A stretch of 64,000 nt of DNA. Origin: a bacterium. Its GTDB lineage: Bacteria > Patescibacteriota > CPR2 > UBA1875 > JAJYID01. Positions 55,803-64,000 of this stretch are shown here, in pieces; position 1 is the stretch's first letter, and every line of letters begins with the position of its first letter. Below the pieces are notes generated by a model. It had not been told where the DNA came from and did no database searches. It saw nothing but the letters and a program-made list of their open reading frames with translations. The DNA lies in NCBI GenBank assembly GCA_030647205.1, contig JAUSJO010000005.1, positions 202,523 to 266,522 of the forward strand, read 5' to 3'. The position numbers and the translations under genes are program-made.

Positions 55803-55877
55803 GGTCCCATCGTCTAGCGGTTAGGACGCCAGGTTCTCATCCTGGTAACAGGGGTTCGATTCCCCTTGGGACTACCA
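55803..55877 (+). tRNA. tRNA-Glu(CTC)
   Basis: GGTCCCA...TGGGACT-A-CCA; CCAGG-TTCTCAT-CCTGG; GGTTCGATTCC. Confidence 0.97.
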
Positions 55878-56045
55878 AGAAGGCAGTGATATCCTGTATA
55901 TCGTTGTCTTCTTTAGTTTTGTGGGGTTGAGAACCCCTGAGGTGATGATTCATATAGAAATCTGAATCTTAAAATAAATAGTTGAAACAAAACTGTAAAC
56001 CAGTAAACATCATATGATGGCGGTAAGTTCCCCTTGGGACTACCA
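55878..56045 (+). repeat. tRNA-Glu 3'-associated mini-element (same architecture as at tRNA-Trp)
   Basis: TTCCCCTTGGGACTACCA at 55860-55877 and 56028-56045; hairpin 55878-55912; inverted copy TAGTTTTGTGGGGTTGAGAACCCCTG at 55914-55939. Confidence 0.85.
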
Positions 56046-56069
56046 GTTATAATCAAATTAAACGTCAAA

Positions 56070-56108
56070 AAATAAACAATCCGGCTATTTTGCCCGGATT
56101 GTTTATTT
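56070..56108. terminator. Bidirectional terminator
   Basis: AAATAAACAATCCGG...CCGGATTGTTTATTT. Confidence 0.75.
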
Positions 56109-56141
56109 AAAAAAGAGAACCTAAAAAGTCCTCAAAAAGAT

Positions 56142-56297
56142 TTAAGCTTTGCCCAAAATCTTGTACATCCCTGTTCCACAAACTCCGCATTTACCTTTCA
56201 TAGCCTTTCGACCATTTTTCATAGTAACTTCTTCTGCGTCTTGCATTTCTCTTTTCTCTTTGCATTTTACGCAATAACCTATTGTTGCATCTGCCAT
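56142..56297 (-). CDS. Small zinc-ribbon protein (DUF5679-like; not in ORF track)
   Basis: Translated by hand: MADATIGYCVKCKEKREMQDAEEVTMKNGRKAMKGKCGVCGTGMYKILGKA*; strong AAAGGAGGTGA RBS. Confidence 0.88.
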   Translation of the reverse strand: MADATIGYCVKCKEKREMQDAEEVTMKNGRKAMKGKCGVCGTGMYKILGKA

Positions 56298-56530
56298 ATT
56301 CACTCACCTCCTTTCCTTTGATTTTTAGCACGTAATGATAGGATGAAGCACAAAAAAACCTTTGTCAAGAACAAAATGTGAAAAGTTGAGCACAAATCTA
56401 ACTAATAACTAAATATTTTGGCTTTACATGGGCAAAAAATATTTTTTCATAATTTAAGCATTTTAAGCACAAAATACCATGAATTTCATGGATATATTGC
56501 ATATTTATTTGTAAATGTTAAATTGAGATT

Positions 56531-56854
56531 ATGATCAAAAATAAAAAGTTGTTAATAGTTTTTCCTTTAATCATGGTTGTAGCAGCCGCCTCTTTCTGGC
56601 TTTTCAGGCATGATTCAAACCCTGAGATAAGCTATCGTTCAAGGCAATACGGACCTTCTAGAATGGCCAACCAGACCTTAGACGAAGTTAACTCTAGAAA
56701 TCATAACGACAATCTTGTCTCCACAGGACAATACGTAAGAGGGTTAGAGATTTGGGTTAGCAAAGAGTCTCTAGGTTCCTATGTACCAACAGTTATATAT
56801 TTTAAAAATAAGGATGCTACTTTCAAAAGCTATGAGCTAAGCGGCGGTCCTTAA
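56531..56854 (+). CDS. Hypothetical exported/membrane-anchored protein
   Basis: N-terminal hydrophobic segment; ends in YELSGGP. Confidence 0.7.
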   Translation: MIKNKKLLIVFPLIMVVAAASFWLFRHDSNPEISYRSRQYGPSRMANQTLDEVNSRNHNDNLVSTGQYVRGLEIWVSKESLGSYVPTVIYFKNKDATFKSYELSGGP

Positions 56855-56860
56855 TCGTCT

Positions 56861-57760
56861 TTATTGTTTTTTAGTATCCAGATAGGCGCTGTATACAGCT
56901 AGAGCTCCTTCACCCGTTGCGGTAACAGCTTGCCTCAGTTTGAACTTTCCGGCTGCTATGTCCCCTGCTGCCCAGACGCCCTCGGCGCTTGTTTTCATCT
57001 CGGCATCAACCTCGATATAGCCCTTGTCGTCGGTTTTTAAGCCCAAGTCGGTGATCAAAGCCTTGTTTGGCGTCGAACCGATTTCTATAAATACCCCGTC
57101 CAGAGCTATTGTGTTTCCATTATCCAGTTTGATACTCTCAACTTTATTCGTTCCTGTAATCTCCTCAATGTTGGCACTATAGATAACTTCAATATTCTTT
57201 TTTGTATTTAGCTGGTCTATCCATGCCGGTTCGGCCTTGAGCTCCGGGCCTCGATAAATGAGATACACTTTTTCAGTGATGTCGCCAAGATAAAGCGCTG
57301 CAGTAACAGCGGCATTCCCCCCGCCGATAACAGATACGGTTTTACCCTTGAAAAATGGCCCATCACAAGTGGCACAGTATGCTACTCCCTTACCCAGAAA
57401 CTCTTCTTCTCCCTTCGTTTTTAGCTTGGTTCTTTCTGCTCCCATAGCAAGTAAAATTCGCTTTGTTTCATACTTACCATTTTCTGTATGGAGAACAAAT
57501 AGTTTATTCTGTTTCTCAATTTTTCGTATCGAGTCGGCAATGACTTTAGCTCCGAGAGACTCTGCCTGCTTGAGCATTTTTTGTCCGAGTTCCATACCTG
57601 ATATTTCACCGACTCCGGGATAGTTTTCTACCAAATGTGCTTCTGTGATTGTTCCGCCATGAAGTTTGCCGATGGTCACAGCATTCATTTTGTATCTGGC
57701 ACCATAGATAGATGCTGAGAGCCCCGCCGGACCGGTTCCAATTATTACTAAATCATACAT
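56861..57760 (-). CDS. trxB: Thioredoxin reductase-family FAD-dependent oxidoreductase
   Basis: GTGPAGLSA, ENYPG, CATCDG, GGGNAA, AAGD. Confidence 0.93.
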   Translation of the reverse strand: MYDLVIIGTGPAGLSASIYGARYKMNAVTIGKLHGGTITEAHLVENYPGVGEISGMELGQKMLKQAESLGAKVIADSIRKIEKQNKLFVLHTENGKYETKRILLAMGAERTKLKTKGEEEFLGKGVAYCATCDGPFFKGKTVSVIGGGNAAVTAALYLGDITEKVYLIYRGPELKAEPAWIDQLNTKKNIEVIYSANIEEITGTNKVESIKLDNGNTIALDGVFIEIGSTPNKALITDLGLKTDDKGYIEVDAEMKTSAEGVWAAGDIAAGKFKLRQAVTATGEGALAVYSAYLDTKKQ

Positions 57761-57843
57761 ATATTATCCTTATTTTTATTTTTTGACTAAGGCATATTTT
57801 AGGTTATTTTAAGGCCCGAATCAAGTATTAGCGTGATTATATC

Positions 57844-58692
57844 TTAACTTATATAAGTGAAGTTTAGGCATAGGACTGCAAGGACTAAGATGTTTAATCC
57901 AAGAGATGTTCTGAAAGACAACATGTGGTGTTTGTTCTTATGCGTTTTGTTGAACCTAATCATGGCGCCGTCAAATATGATGAGAGCAAAGATTGCCAGA
58001 TATATGGCAAAGAATGGCAGTTTTGGCGCGCTCACAGGATTTTCCAGACTAAACTTCGGTGATACCGATCGTTCTCCAGCAACGAGGGACTGCCCTTGAG
58101 CAAATGCCTGCGATGGTTTACCGAAAAGCTGGACAGCAACTGTCGCTGACTTGCCATTTATTACTCCGTTCCCCACCGCTATGCCCGTTTCAGAAAAGTC
58201 TTTATCGAGAATGTTTTTCTTATGAGTCGGGCTGTCCATCCAGGCGCCAACCATCCCGTCAGCCGATACAAAGCCTCGAGCGAGGTTTTCTCCCGCCACA
58301 GTGTAGGAATACCCTGTTTTATCTATAAACACCCAAGCCTTCTCACCTGTTGGTGATGTGTGATCCCAATAGTTTTTGGCAAACATGTCTTGCAACTTTT
58401 CTTGTGCAGCCCGATCAAGCAAAGGACTTTCGGTAAATGTGTTTTCTGACTGTTTCTTCCGTTGTTCGTTAATGTGTGTAAAAATATCTTTTTTTAACTG
58501 TTCCGGATTTGGGGTGGTGGGTGTATATTGGACGGCTCCAAAACTGAGTTGGGATAAAATTAGACCGAGAGAATAAACGGAAAGCATGAGATGCCTGAAA
58601 GCATGAGGGCGGTAGGAGTTCTTCTTACTCGGGATGAATGATTTATGCAGGAATTTTTTTATATTAAATTTTTCTGATTTTTTCTTCGCCAT
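57844..58692 (-). CDS. CAP (SCP/PR-1) domain membrane protein
   Basis: YWDHTSPTG, AGENLARG, WMDSPTHKKNIL, VQLFG; flanking TM segments. Confidence 0.9.
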   Translation of the reverse strand: MAKKKSEKFNIKKFLHKSFIPSKKNSYRPHAFRHLMLSVYSLGLILSQLSFGAVQYTPTTPNPEQLKKDIFTHINEQRKKQSENTFTESPLLDRAAQEKLQDMFAKNYWDHTSPTGEKAWVFIDKTGYSYTVAGENLARGFVSADGMVGAWMDSPTHKKNILDKDFSETGIAVGNGVINGKSATVAVQLFGKPSQAFAQGQSLVAGERSVSPKFSLENPVSAPKLPFFAIYLAIFALIIFDGAMIRFNKTHKNKHHMLSFRTSLGLNILVLAVLCLNFTYIS

Positions 58693-58775
58693 TTGTAATT
58701 AATATTAAGCTGAAAATCGTTTAAAGTAAACCAAATATCACACTAATTCCAACTCAGGGCCTATGTAATTATATC

Positions 58776-58804
58776 CTGGATTCCGGATCAAGTCCGGAAT
58801 GACA
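58776..58804 (-). repeat. REP-like palindrome
   Basis: Minus strand TGTCATTCCGGACTTGATCCGGAATCCAG. Confidence 0.75.
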
Positions 58805-58811
58805 ACGGGTA

Positions 58812-58953
58812 TAAAAAGAAAAAACACTCTTTCGAGTGTTTTTTCTTTGGGGGTGATTGAGAGTTATCTTTTTTCTAGTATCTGTAAGGATACACAAGTA
58901 TAATATTTTATCCACAGATTCTAGCGTTCCAGCCCCTCTAGAAAAGGAACGTG
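58812..58953 (-). ncRNA. Candidate small RNA with own promoter and terminator
   Basis: TTGACA(58987-58982)-N17-TATTAT; two hairpins; terminator AAAGAAAAAACACTC-GAAA-GAGTGTTTTTTCTTTTT; no ORF. Confidence 0.55.
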
Positions 58954-59016
58954 TAAAGATAATATAGTTTTAGAGAACCCATGTCAATGCTCTTTATGTG
59001 GATAAGTTGTGGATAG
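58908..59016. promoter_or_regulatory. Cluster of DnaA boxes
   Basis: TTATCCACA 58908-58916, TGTGGATAA 58997-59005, TGTGGATAG 59008-59016. Confidence 0.7.
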
Positions 59017-59020
59017 TATT

Positions 59021-59064
59021 TGTCATCCTGAGGTACGAAGGATCTCATCTCTCTGTCATTCCCG
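59021..59064 (+). repeat. REP-like palindrome plus truncated second unit
   Basis: TGTCATCCTGAGGTACGAAGGATCTC followed by TCTGTCATTCCCG, which is identical to the start of the unit in rluD. Confidence 0.65.
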
Positions 59065-59114
59065 TACTGAACCTAGTTTAGCATAAACTTTGGCGAGAAG
59101 TCAGTTTCTAAATA

Positions 59115-59330
59115 ATTTCCACTTTTTTAGAAAAAGTGGAGTAAAAATTGCGGCTTAGACGGCATCTTAAAAGTGTCGGATTTCAATTTGCTTCAGGTTT
59201 GAAAAACCGGACTCCTTCCAGTCGACCTAAAGGCTAATCGGTCTTTTCAAATCTTCATCAAATCTTATCCTCGCTTTTCGATCCGATAGCCGCAAGAAAC
59301 ATTCTTTGAAAAAATCATGCCGGAGGGATA
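59115..59330. repeat. Interspersed structured palindromic element, copy B
   Basis: Nested stems TTGCGGCT/AGCCGCAA, AAAAG/CTTTT, ATTTG/CAAAT, GGTTTGAAAA/TTTTCAAATC; motifs shared with 11860-12170. Confidence 0.7.
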
Positions 59331-59343
59331 GCACACTGTAGAG

Positions 59344-60720
59344 CTACTCAATATTGAGATATTTCTCACCCACCTGATTGACCGGACCGGCGCCCATGGT
59401 GATGACGATATCGTTGCCCGAGGCATGATCTTTTAGGTATGAAACAACATCCTTAAAGTCAGGAATATACTTTGCGGGTTTGCCTTTCTTTTTTAAAAGG
59501 TCTGCAAGATTTTCACCGGAAACTGAGGCGATGTCCTCTGCTGTATCGCGGACGGGATATATTTTGGGGATAATTATCTCATCTGCTTCGGTAAGAGCAT
59601 CCACAAAATTATTTAAAAGTATTCTGGTTCTTGAGTGTTGGTGCGGCTGAAAAACACAACAGATCTTTCTCTTTGGGTAAAAGCTCCTTATTGCCTGCAG
59701 TGTTGCCTGTATCTCTGTAGGATGGTGAGCGTAGTCATCGATAACCAAGACTTCCCCGCGTTTCCCTTTTGTTTCCATTCTTCTGACCGCGCCTGTGAAC
59801 TTGGCAATGCTTTCTTTGATTACACCGAGTTTTATCCCACATTCAAGTGCAACTGTGATGGCAGCGAGGCTATTTAGTATACTGTGAATTCCGGGAACTT
59901 GCATTTGAAACTCGCCAAGATCGGAACCATTCTTATGAACATTAAATTTTTGAACATTTTCTTCGATCCGAATATTGTCTGCCCGGTAATTTAAATCGTC
60001 GCTGGAGATTCCATAGGAAATCACCTTCCCGTCAAAGGTATCGGCAATTTCCCGCGTGTTTTCATCATCGAAGCATGCAACAAGTAGGCCATTGTCTTTG
60101 ATATTTTTTGTAAAATCAGAAAACGCAGACTTGATATCGTCCAGATCTTTATAGTAGTCGAGATGATCCTCTTCAATATTCGTGATGACGGCTATAGCGG
60201 GTCGAATATCGGCAAAGAATCTTTTATATTCGCAGGTCTCGGCGATGAAATATTTTCCATTGCCTTCTTTGGCGTTGCTTCCGGTACTCCCGACTTCTCC
60301 CCCGATAGCTATGGTTGGCTTCAAGTTGGCATCTTCAAAAATTTGTGATATTAGACTTGAGGTCGTGGTTTTCCCATGAGTGCCAGTGATAGCTATGCCC
60401 TCTTTCTCGTCCATCATTTGCCCCAGAAGTTCTCCGCGGGTAATGATGGGTATCCCTAGTTTTTTGGCTTCTGATATTTCCGGGTTCTTGTCACTGATTG
60501 CTGCACTAACGACAACCATTTCAGTATCCGGCGACAAGTATTCTTTTTTATGTCCGGTATAAACTTTCACTCCTATTTTTTTTAAGTTGTCAGTAATAGG
60601 GTTTTCTATCAGATCAGAACCGCTGACTTTGTTCCCGCGCAAAGCAAGGATTTGCGCAAGCGCGCTCATCCCTATTCCGGCTATTCCTATAAAATGGTAA
60701 TTTATCTTTTTATTTGGCAT
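59344..60720 (-). CDS. murC: UDP-N-acetylmuramate--L-alanine ligase
   Basis: HFIGIAGIGMSALA, GTHGKTTT, DHLDYY, DDYAHHPTEI, FQPH, MGAG. Confidence 0.98.
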   Translation of the reverse strand: MPNKKINYHFIGIAGIGMSALAQILALRGNKVSGSDLIENPITDNLKKIGVKVYTGHKKEYLSPDTEMVVVSAAISDKNPEISEAKKLGIPIITRGELLGQMMDEKEGIAITGTHGKTTTSSLISQIFEDANLKPTIAIGGEVGSTGSNAKEGNGKYFIAETCEYKRFFADIRPAIAVITNIEEDHLDYYKDLDDIKSAFSDFTKNIKDNGLLVACFDDENTREIADTFDGKVISYGISSDDLNYRADNIRIEENVQKFNVHKNGSDLGEFQMQVPGIHSILNSLAAITVALECGIKLGVIKESIAKFTGAVRRMETKGKRGEVLVIDDYAHHPTEIQATLQAIRSFYPKRKICCVFQPHQHSRTRILLNNFVDALTEADEIIIPKIYPVRDTAEDIASVSGENLADLLKKKGKPAKYIPDFKDVVSYLKDHASGNDIVITMGAGPVNQVGEKYLNIE

Positions 60721-60804
60721 TTAGTTAACATAAAAATGATTGCAATACTCTCAAACAATTGATATTATTTTAACATAATAAGATAAATTCTAAAGGAGGA
60801 AATC

Positions 60805-61266
60805 GTGAGTGAAGGAAATAAAGGCGCATCAGTCAGTCTGAAGACGCTAGGGATAGTTTTGATAGTATTAGTAGTTTTGGTGGGTGGATATTACTTAGTA
60901 AATAGCAAGGGTATTTTGAAGTCCGGCAGCAATTCTGCTACGAAGACCAAAACGGATGACGGCAAATATCAGGCAGTGTTTTTGACGAATGGACAGGTTT
61001 ACTTCGGTAAGCTCAAGGATGACGATGGGAACTATGTAAAACTGACAGATATCTACTATCTTCAGTCAAAAGATCAGAGTGTCCAACCTAAAGACGCAGC
61101 CGCTGCAGATCAGTCAAATCTAACGCTGATCAAACTGGGCAAAGAGTTGCACGCGCCGGCAGACGAAATGAATATTTCACGCCAGCAAGTTCTCTTCTGG
61201 GAAAACATTAACGAAGATGGTAAAGTTTTCCAGGCTATCAAAGAGTATAAGGCTAGCAACAAATAA
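60805..61266 (+). CDS. Conserved membrane-anchored hypothetical protein (YQAVFLTNGQVYFG family)
   Basis: AAAGGAGG RBS, GTG start, single TM, LIKLGKELHAP motif; own terminator. Confidence 0.85.
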   Translation: MSEGNKGASVSLKTLGIVLIVLVVLVGGYYLVNSKGILKSGSNSATKTKTDDGKYQAVFLTNGQVYFGKLKDDDGNYVKLTDIYYLQSKDQSVQPKDAAAADQSNLTLIKLGKELHAPADEMNISRQQVLFWENINEDGKVFQAIKEYKASNK

Positions 61267-61277
61267 AGAAATTTGCT

Positions 61278-61308
61278 AAAAAAGAACCGCCGAGTGGCGG
61301 TTCTTTTT
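61278..61308. terminator. Bidirectional terminator
   Basis: AAAAAGAACCGCC-GAGT-GGCGGTTCTTTTT. Confidence 0.85.
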
Positions 61309-61328
61309 GATCTGTTATACTTAGGTAT

Positions 61329-61838
61329 TTATTCGGGTTTGTATGTTTGATCGAATTCTTCTGCACCAATGATATAGGGCTCCCCTCCCAGTTCACCTGT
61401 CTCTGGATCATAAGTGTCTGCTAGTTTGCAGTCCATTTTCCCGTTCTGCATTTTTCCCCAAGATGCCATCATAGTAATGGGTGTTCCGTATGGATTGTCA
61501 ATTGCCTTACAATGACCTTTTGCTGAGTATACATTATCGCCTTCTTCCTTTAGTTCATATCTCTTTTCAAAGGTTTCTTTTTTAACGATATATTTTTCCC
61601 CTCCAGGATTAGTAATGATCATGTCTCCCGGATTTGCAATATTTTTTGTTTCGTCTGTTCCGTCAGCAAGCTTTGTGACTATTTCTTCTCCTCCCTCTGC
61701 GACGTCAGCGACTACTTCTCCCTGCTTCTTGTATGTAGGTGCATCCTCAAGTCCCTTCATGATCTCCGGGTCGTGTCTATCGATCTCTTTTACAGAAGTT
61801 TCATCTTGTTCTTTATTATTCCCCGTTTCATCTATCAT
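61329..61838 (-). CDS. PGDYG-like domain protein
   Basis: Two related halves ending PGDMIITNPGGEKYIVKKETFEKRY and EPYIIGAEEFDQTY. Confidence 0.65.
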   Translation of the reverse strand: MIDETGNNKEQDETSVKEIDRHDPEIMKGLEDAPTYKKQGEVVADVAEGGEEIVTKLADGTDETKNIANPGDMIITNPGGEKYIVKKETFEKRYELKEEGDNVYSAKGHCKAIDNPYGTPITMMASWGKMQNGKMDCKLADTYDPETGELGGEPYIIGAEEFDQTYKPE

Positions 61839-61999
61839 AGTTTTCTCCTAATTTATTATAGTCATTCTATTATGAAAAAGATTTATAGTAAACAGATGTT
61901 TTAGAAAAATAGTTATATAAAAAGGAAAGCCTTATCTAGTTTGGGTTGAAAATATGCATCCTAAATGGTAAAATATCATAGTTAAAACCAAGCTTTTGT

Positions 62000-62073
62000 T
62001 GGGGAGTAGCCAAGTGGTAAGGCATCGGGTTTTGGTCCCGTGATCGGGGGTTCGAATCCCTCCTCCCCAGCCA
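62000..62073 (+). tRNA. tRNA-Gln(TTG)
   Basis: TGGGGAG...CTCCCCA-G-CCA; CGGG-T-TTTGGT-CCCG anticodon arm; promoter TTGAAA-N17-TAAAAT at 61946-61974. Confidence 0.96.
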
Positions 62074-62108
62074 AATCATACCCAGTAGGGTATTTTTTAT
62101 TTATGATC

Positions 62109-62717
62109 CTAGTTATTTATAAGCGTAGAAAAGATTATAAATGACACAATTGCATAAGCGAAGCCGCCGGCAACTTCACCAATGGTGTGTTCTTTTTGGT
62201 ATACTCTCGCCCATGCGATTGCAAAAACGAAAGGCAAAAGAAAGATAAATCTGAGGTCAATATATGAAACTAGTATTAGGATGGCTGACGTAAAGACAAA
62301 CGTGTGTCCGCTAAGCTTGAATTTTAAAAATGTGATGACGGAGTAGCCGAGTGCCATAATGAGAAAGATGAGAAACATCCTGATAATCATGGGGTCGCTT
62401 TCTAGAGACTTTACAACGAGGAGCGAGGCAACGCCCGAAACAAGTGTAAAACCAAAAGGCAAAACTCTATCTTTTCTTTCTTTCATATGGAAGTTGCTAA
62501 CTTTGCCTATCTTCATGAGGAAGAAAATGAAAAGTATCGGCAAAATTACCGAGAGAAAAAGTACCGATAAAAATGTTTTGTAAAATACCTCAGTCGTTGG
62601 ACTAAGTGTGTATAGCGTATAAAGGAGGAAAATGCCTCCTACTATCGCCGGTGTTGTGATGAGTGTGATGGCTTTTGCAAGATGCGAGTGCTGCCTTTCT
62701 ACTTCTTTTTCTTTCAT
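62109..62717 (-). CDS. PAP2-superfamily membrane protein
   Basis: Multi-TM; KLSGH and ARVYQKEHT motifs. Confidence 0.75.
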   Translation of the reverse strand: MKEKEVERQHSHLAKAITLITTPAIVGGIFLLYTLYTLSPTTEVFYKTFLSVLFLSVILPILFIFFLMKIGKVSNFHMKERKDRVLPFGFTLVSGVASLLVVKSLESDPMIIRMFLIFLIMALGYSVITFLKFKLSGHTFVFTSAILILVSYIDLRFIFLLPFVFAIAWARVYQKEHTIGEVAGGFAYAIVSFIIFSTLINN

Positions 62718-64000
62718 GATTTTTCTAAGTTATTTATAGCATCTTTTATTCTATCGATCGACTTATCTTTTCCTAGCGCCCACATAATCTCGTTTGGCGA
62801 GGGACTTTTTTCTTGTCCTGAAAGTGCTACACGAACCGGCCAGAAGACGTCTCCGTTTGAGAGATTTTCAGCTTCCACAACGGATTTCATGAGATCAGAT
62901 GCGCTGTCAGCCGAATTGATGGTTTTCTCGTCCCCAAGCGCTTTTAAAACGCCTTTTAAGCCCTTTAGGCTGGCATCAGGTGTGCTTTTACCGAATACTA
63001 AGATTTCAGGTTTATATTTAATATCTTCAAAGAAAAAGTTTGAGTTTTCGGTAAAATCTTTGAGTGTTACCATCCTAGTTTGCATTACGGTTAATGCTCG
63101 CTCAAGTAACTCCGCATTTTTCCCTTTCAAAAAGTCAGGTGCAAAACTTTCTACCTCTTTCGTTAAATCAGATAGCGCCAATGCCCTGATTTTCTCGCCA
63201 TTTATCCAGTTCAGTCTATCAATATCAAAAACTGCCGGTGCCTTCCCTACCCGTTTTAAATCAAATTTTTTAATCAGTTCTTCGCGGGTAAATATTTCTT
63301 GTGTGGTACCATCATTCCATCCGAGAAGTGCCAGAAAGTTTAGCATCGTATCTGCTAGATACCCATTTTCTCTATAGTCCATAATTGCCGTATCGCCATT
63401 TCTCTTGCCAAGTTTTTTTCCGTCTTTACCAACGATTAAAGGCATGTGAGCAAACTCGGGCGCTTCCCAGCCCATCGCCATATATAATAAAAGATGCTTC
63501 GGAGCGGAGGGTATCCACTCCTCGCCTCGTATGACGGTCGAGATCTCCATAAGATGATCGTCAACGATACTTGCAAAGTGATAAGTTGGATAGCCATCAG
63601 ACTTCATAATTACGAAGTCTTCCTGGATGTCTGTTCTTATCGAAACCTTCCCCCGAACCACATCTTCCCAAACCACTTCTTTTGGAGTTTCGGGTATCTT
63701 AAAACGTATAACTGGAATCTTGCTCTCTTTTTCTAGTTTTTCAATGTCCTCTTTTGTTAGCTTTCTGCAACATGCATCATATCCCGGTGGTTTCCCGGAC
63801 TTGGTTTGTTCCTCTCGAAGCTCTGTCAGTCTTTCTTTTGAACAAAAACATTTATAAGCTTTGCCCTCGCTCAAGAGTTGATTAGCATATTTTTTGTAAA
63901 TGTCTAGACGCTCTGATTGATGGATCTTTTCTTCATTGTCCCACTCTAGTCCTAGCCATTTGAGACTCTCTTCGATATATTCAACGCCTTCCGGAACAAA
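62714..64000 (-). CDS. gltX: Glutamate--tRNA ligase (5' part beyond window edge)
   Basis: Frame stays open to the window end (SLKWLGLEWD, QSERLDIY, AYKCFC); PTYHFASIVDDH, IRGEEW, KLGKR. Confidence 0.97.
   Translation of the reverse strand, partial: FVPEGVEYIEESLKWLGLEWDNEEKIHQSERLDIYKKYANQLLSEGKAYKCFCSKERLTELREEQTKSGKPPGYDACCRKLTKEDIEKLEKESKIPVIRFKIPETPKEVVWEDVVRGKVSIRTDIQEDFVIMKSDGYPTYHFASIVDDHLMEISTVIRGEEWIPSAPKHLLLYMAMGWEAPEFAHMPLIVGKDGKKLGKRNGDTAIMDYRENGYLADTMLNFLALLGWNDGTTQEIFTREELIKKFDLKRVGKAPAVFDIDRLNWINGEKIRALALSDLTKEVESFAPDFLKGKNAELLERALTVMQTRMVTLKDFTENSNFFFEDIKYKPEILVFGKSTPDASLKGLKGVLKALGDEKTINSADSASDLMKSVVEAENLSNGDVFWPVRVALSGQEKSPSPNEIMWALGKDKSIDRIKDAINNLEKS

Noticed and set aside
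58908-59016. oriC
   Set aside because: Only three boxes, no dnaA/dnaN nearby, and gene orientation does not diverge here; cannot be fully excluded without whole-genome skew.
62682-63377. 231-aa plus-strand ORF
   Set aside because: Antisense shadow of gltX.
1-64000. Alternative genetic code (UGA=Gly, as in Gracilibacteria)
   Set aside because: Conserved genes are full length under code 11 and TGA ends several of them (rpmC, rpsQ, ftsI, ftsW).

Overview
A low-GC bacterial chromosome segment using genetic code 11, most likely from a Patescibacteria/CPR organism. The assignment is inference: uL30 is missing between rpsE and rplO, several r-proteins have Lys/Glu-rich tails, and CPR-typical VirD4/TraG-like ATPase, sigma70-r4/HARE-HTH and 'YQAVFLTNGQVYFG' proteins are present. 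From 1 to 32.3 kb almost everything is on the + strand: the S10-spc-alpha r-protein cluster running straight into rplM-rpsI, a K+ channel homolog/rluD/holB/ricT operon, a tRNA-Thr-Tyr-Thr-rpmG-Trp cluster, a ~3 kb accessory islet, secE-nusG-rplK-rplA and a reduced dcw cluster. From 32.6 to 64 kb most genes are on the - strand (topA, dprA, pth, der, scpAB, aspS, a two-component pair, pheA, trxB, murC, gltX), with solitary accessory genes in between. The most interesting signals are non-coding: (i) a promoter- and terminator-bounded candidate sRNA whose apical region is exactly complementary over 15 nt to a site upstream of ftsL; (ii) a large structured RNA between mraZ and rsmH that covers the rsmH start region; (iii) the same tRNA-3'-end duplicating mini-element behind two unrelated tRNAs; (iv) a Phe-rich leader-peptide attenuator upstream of pheA; (v) a dispersed hairpin element with compensatory changes; (vi) a DnaA-box-associated candidate ncRNA. 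A K+ channel homolog lacking the GYG filter and a NUDIX/HD/DUF6879-like islet also stand out. All structures were folded by eye and no database searches were run.
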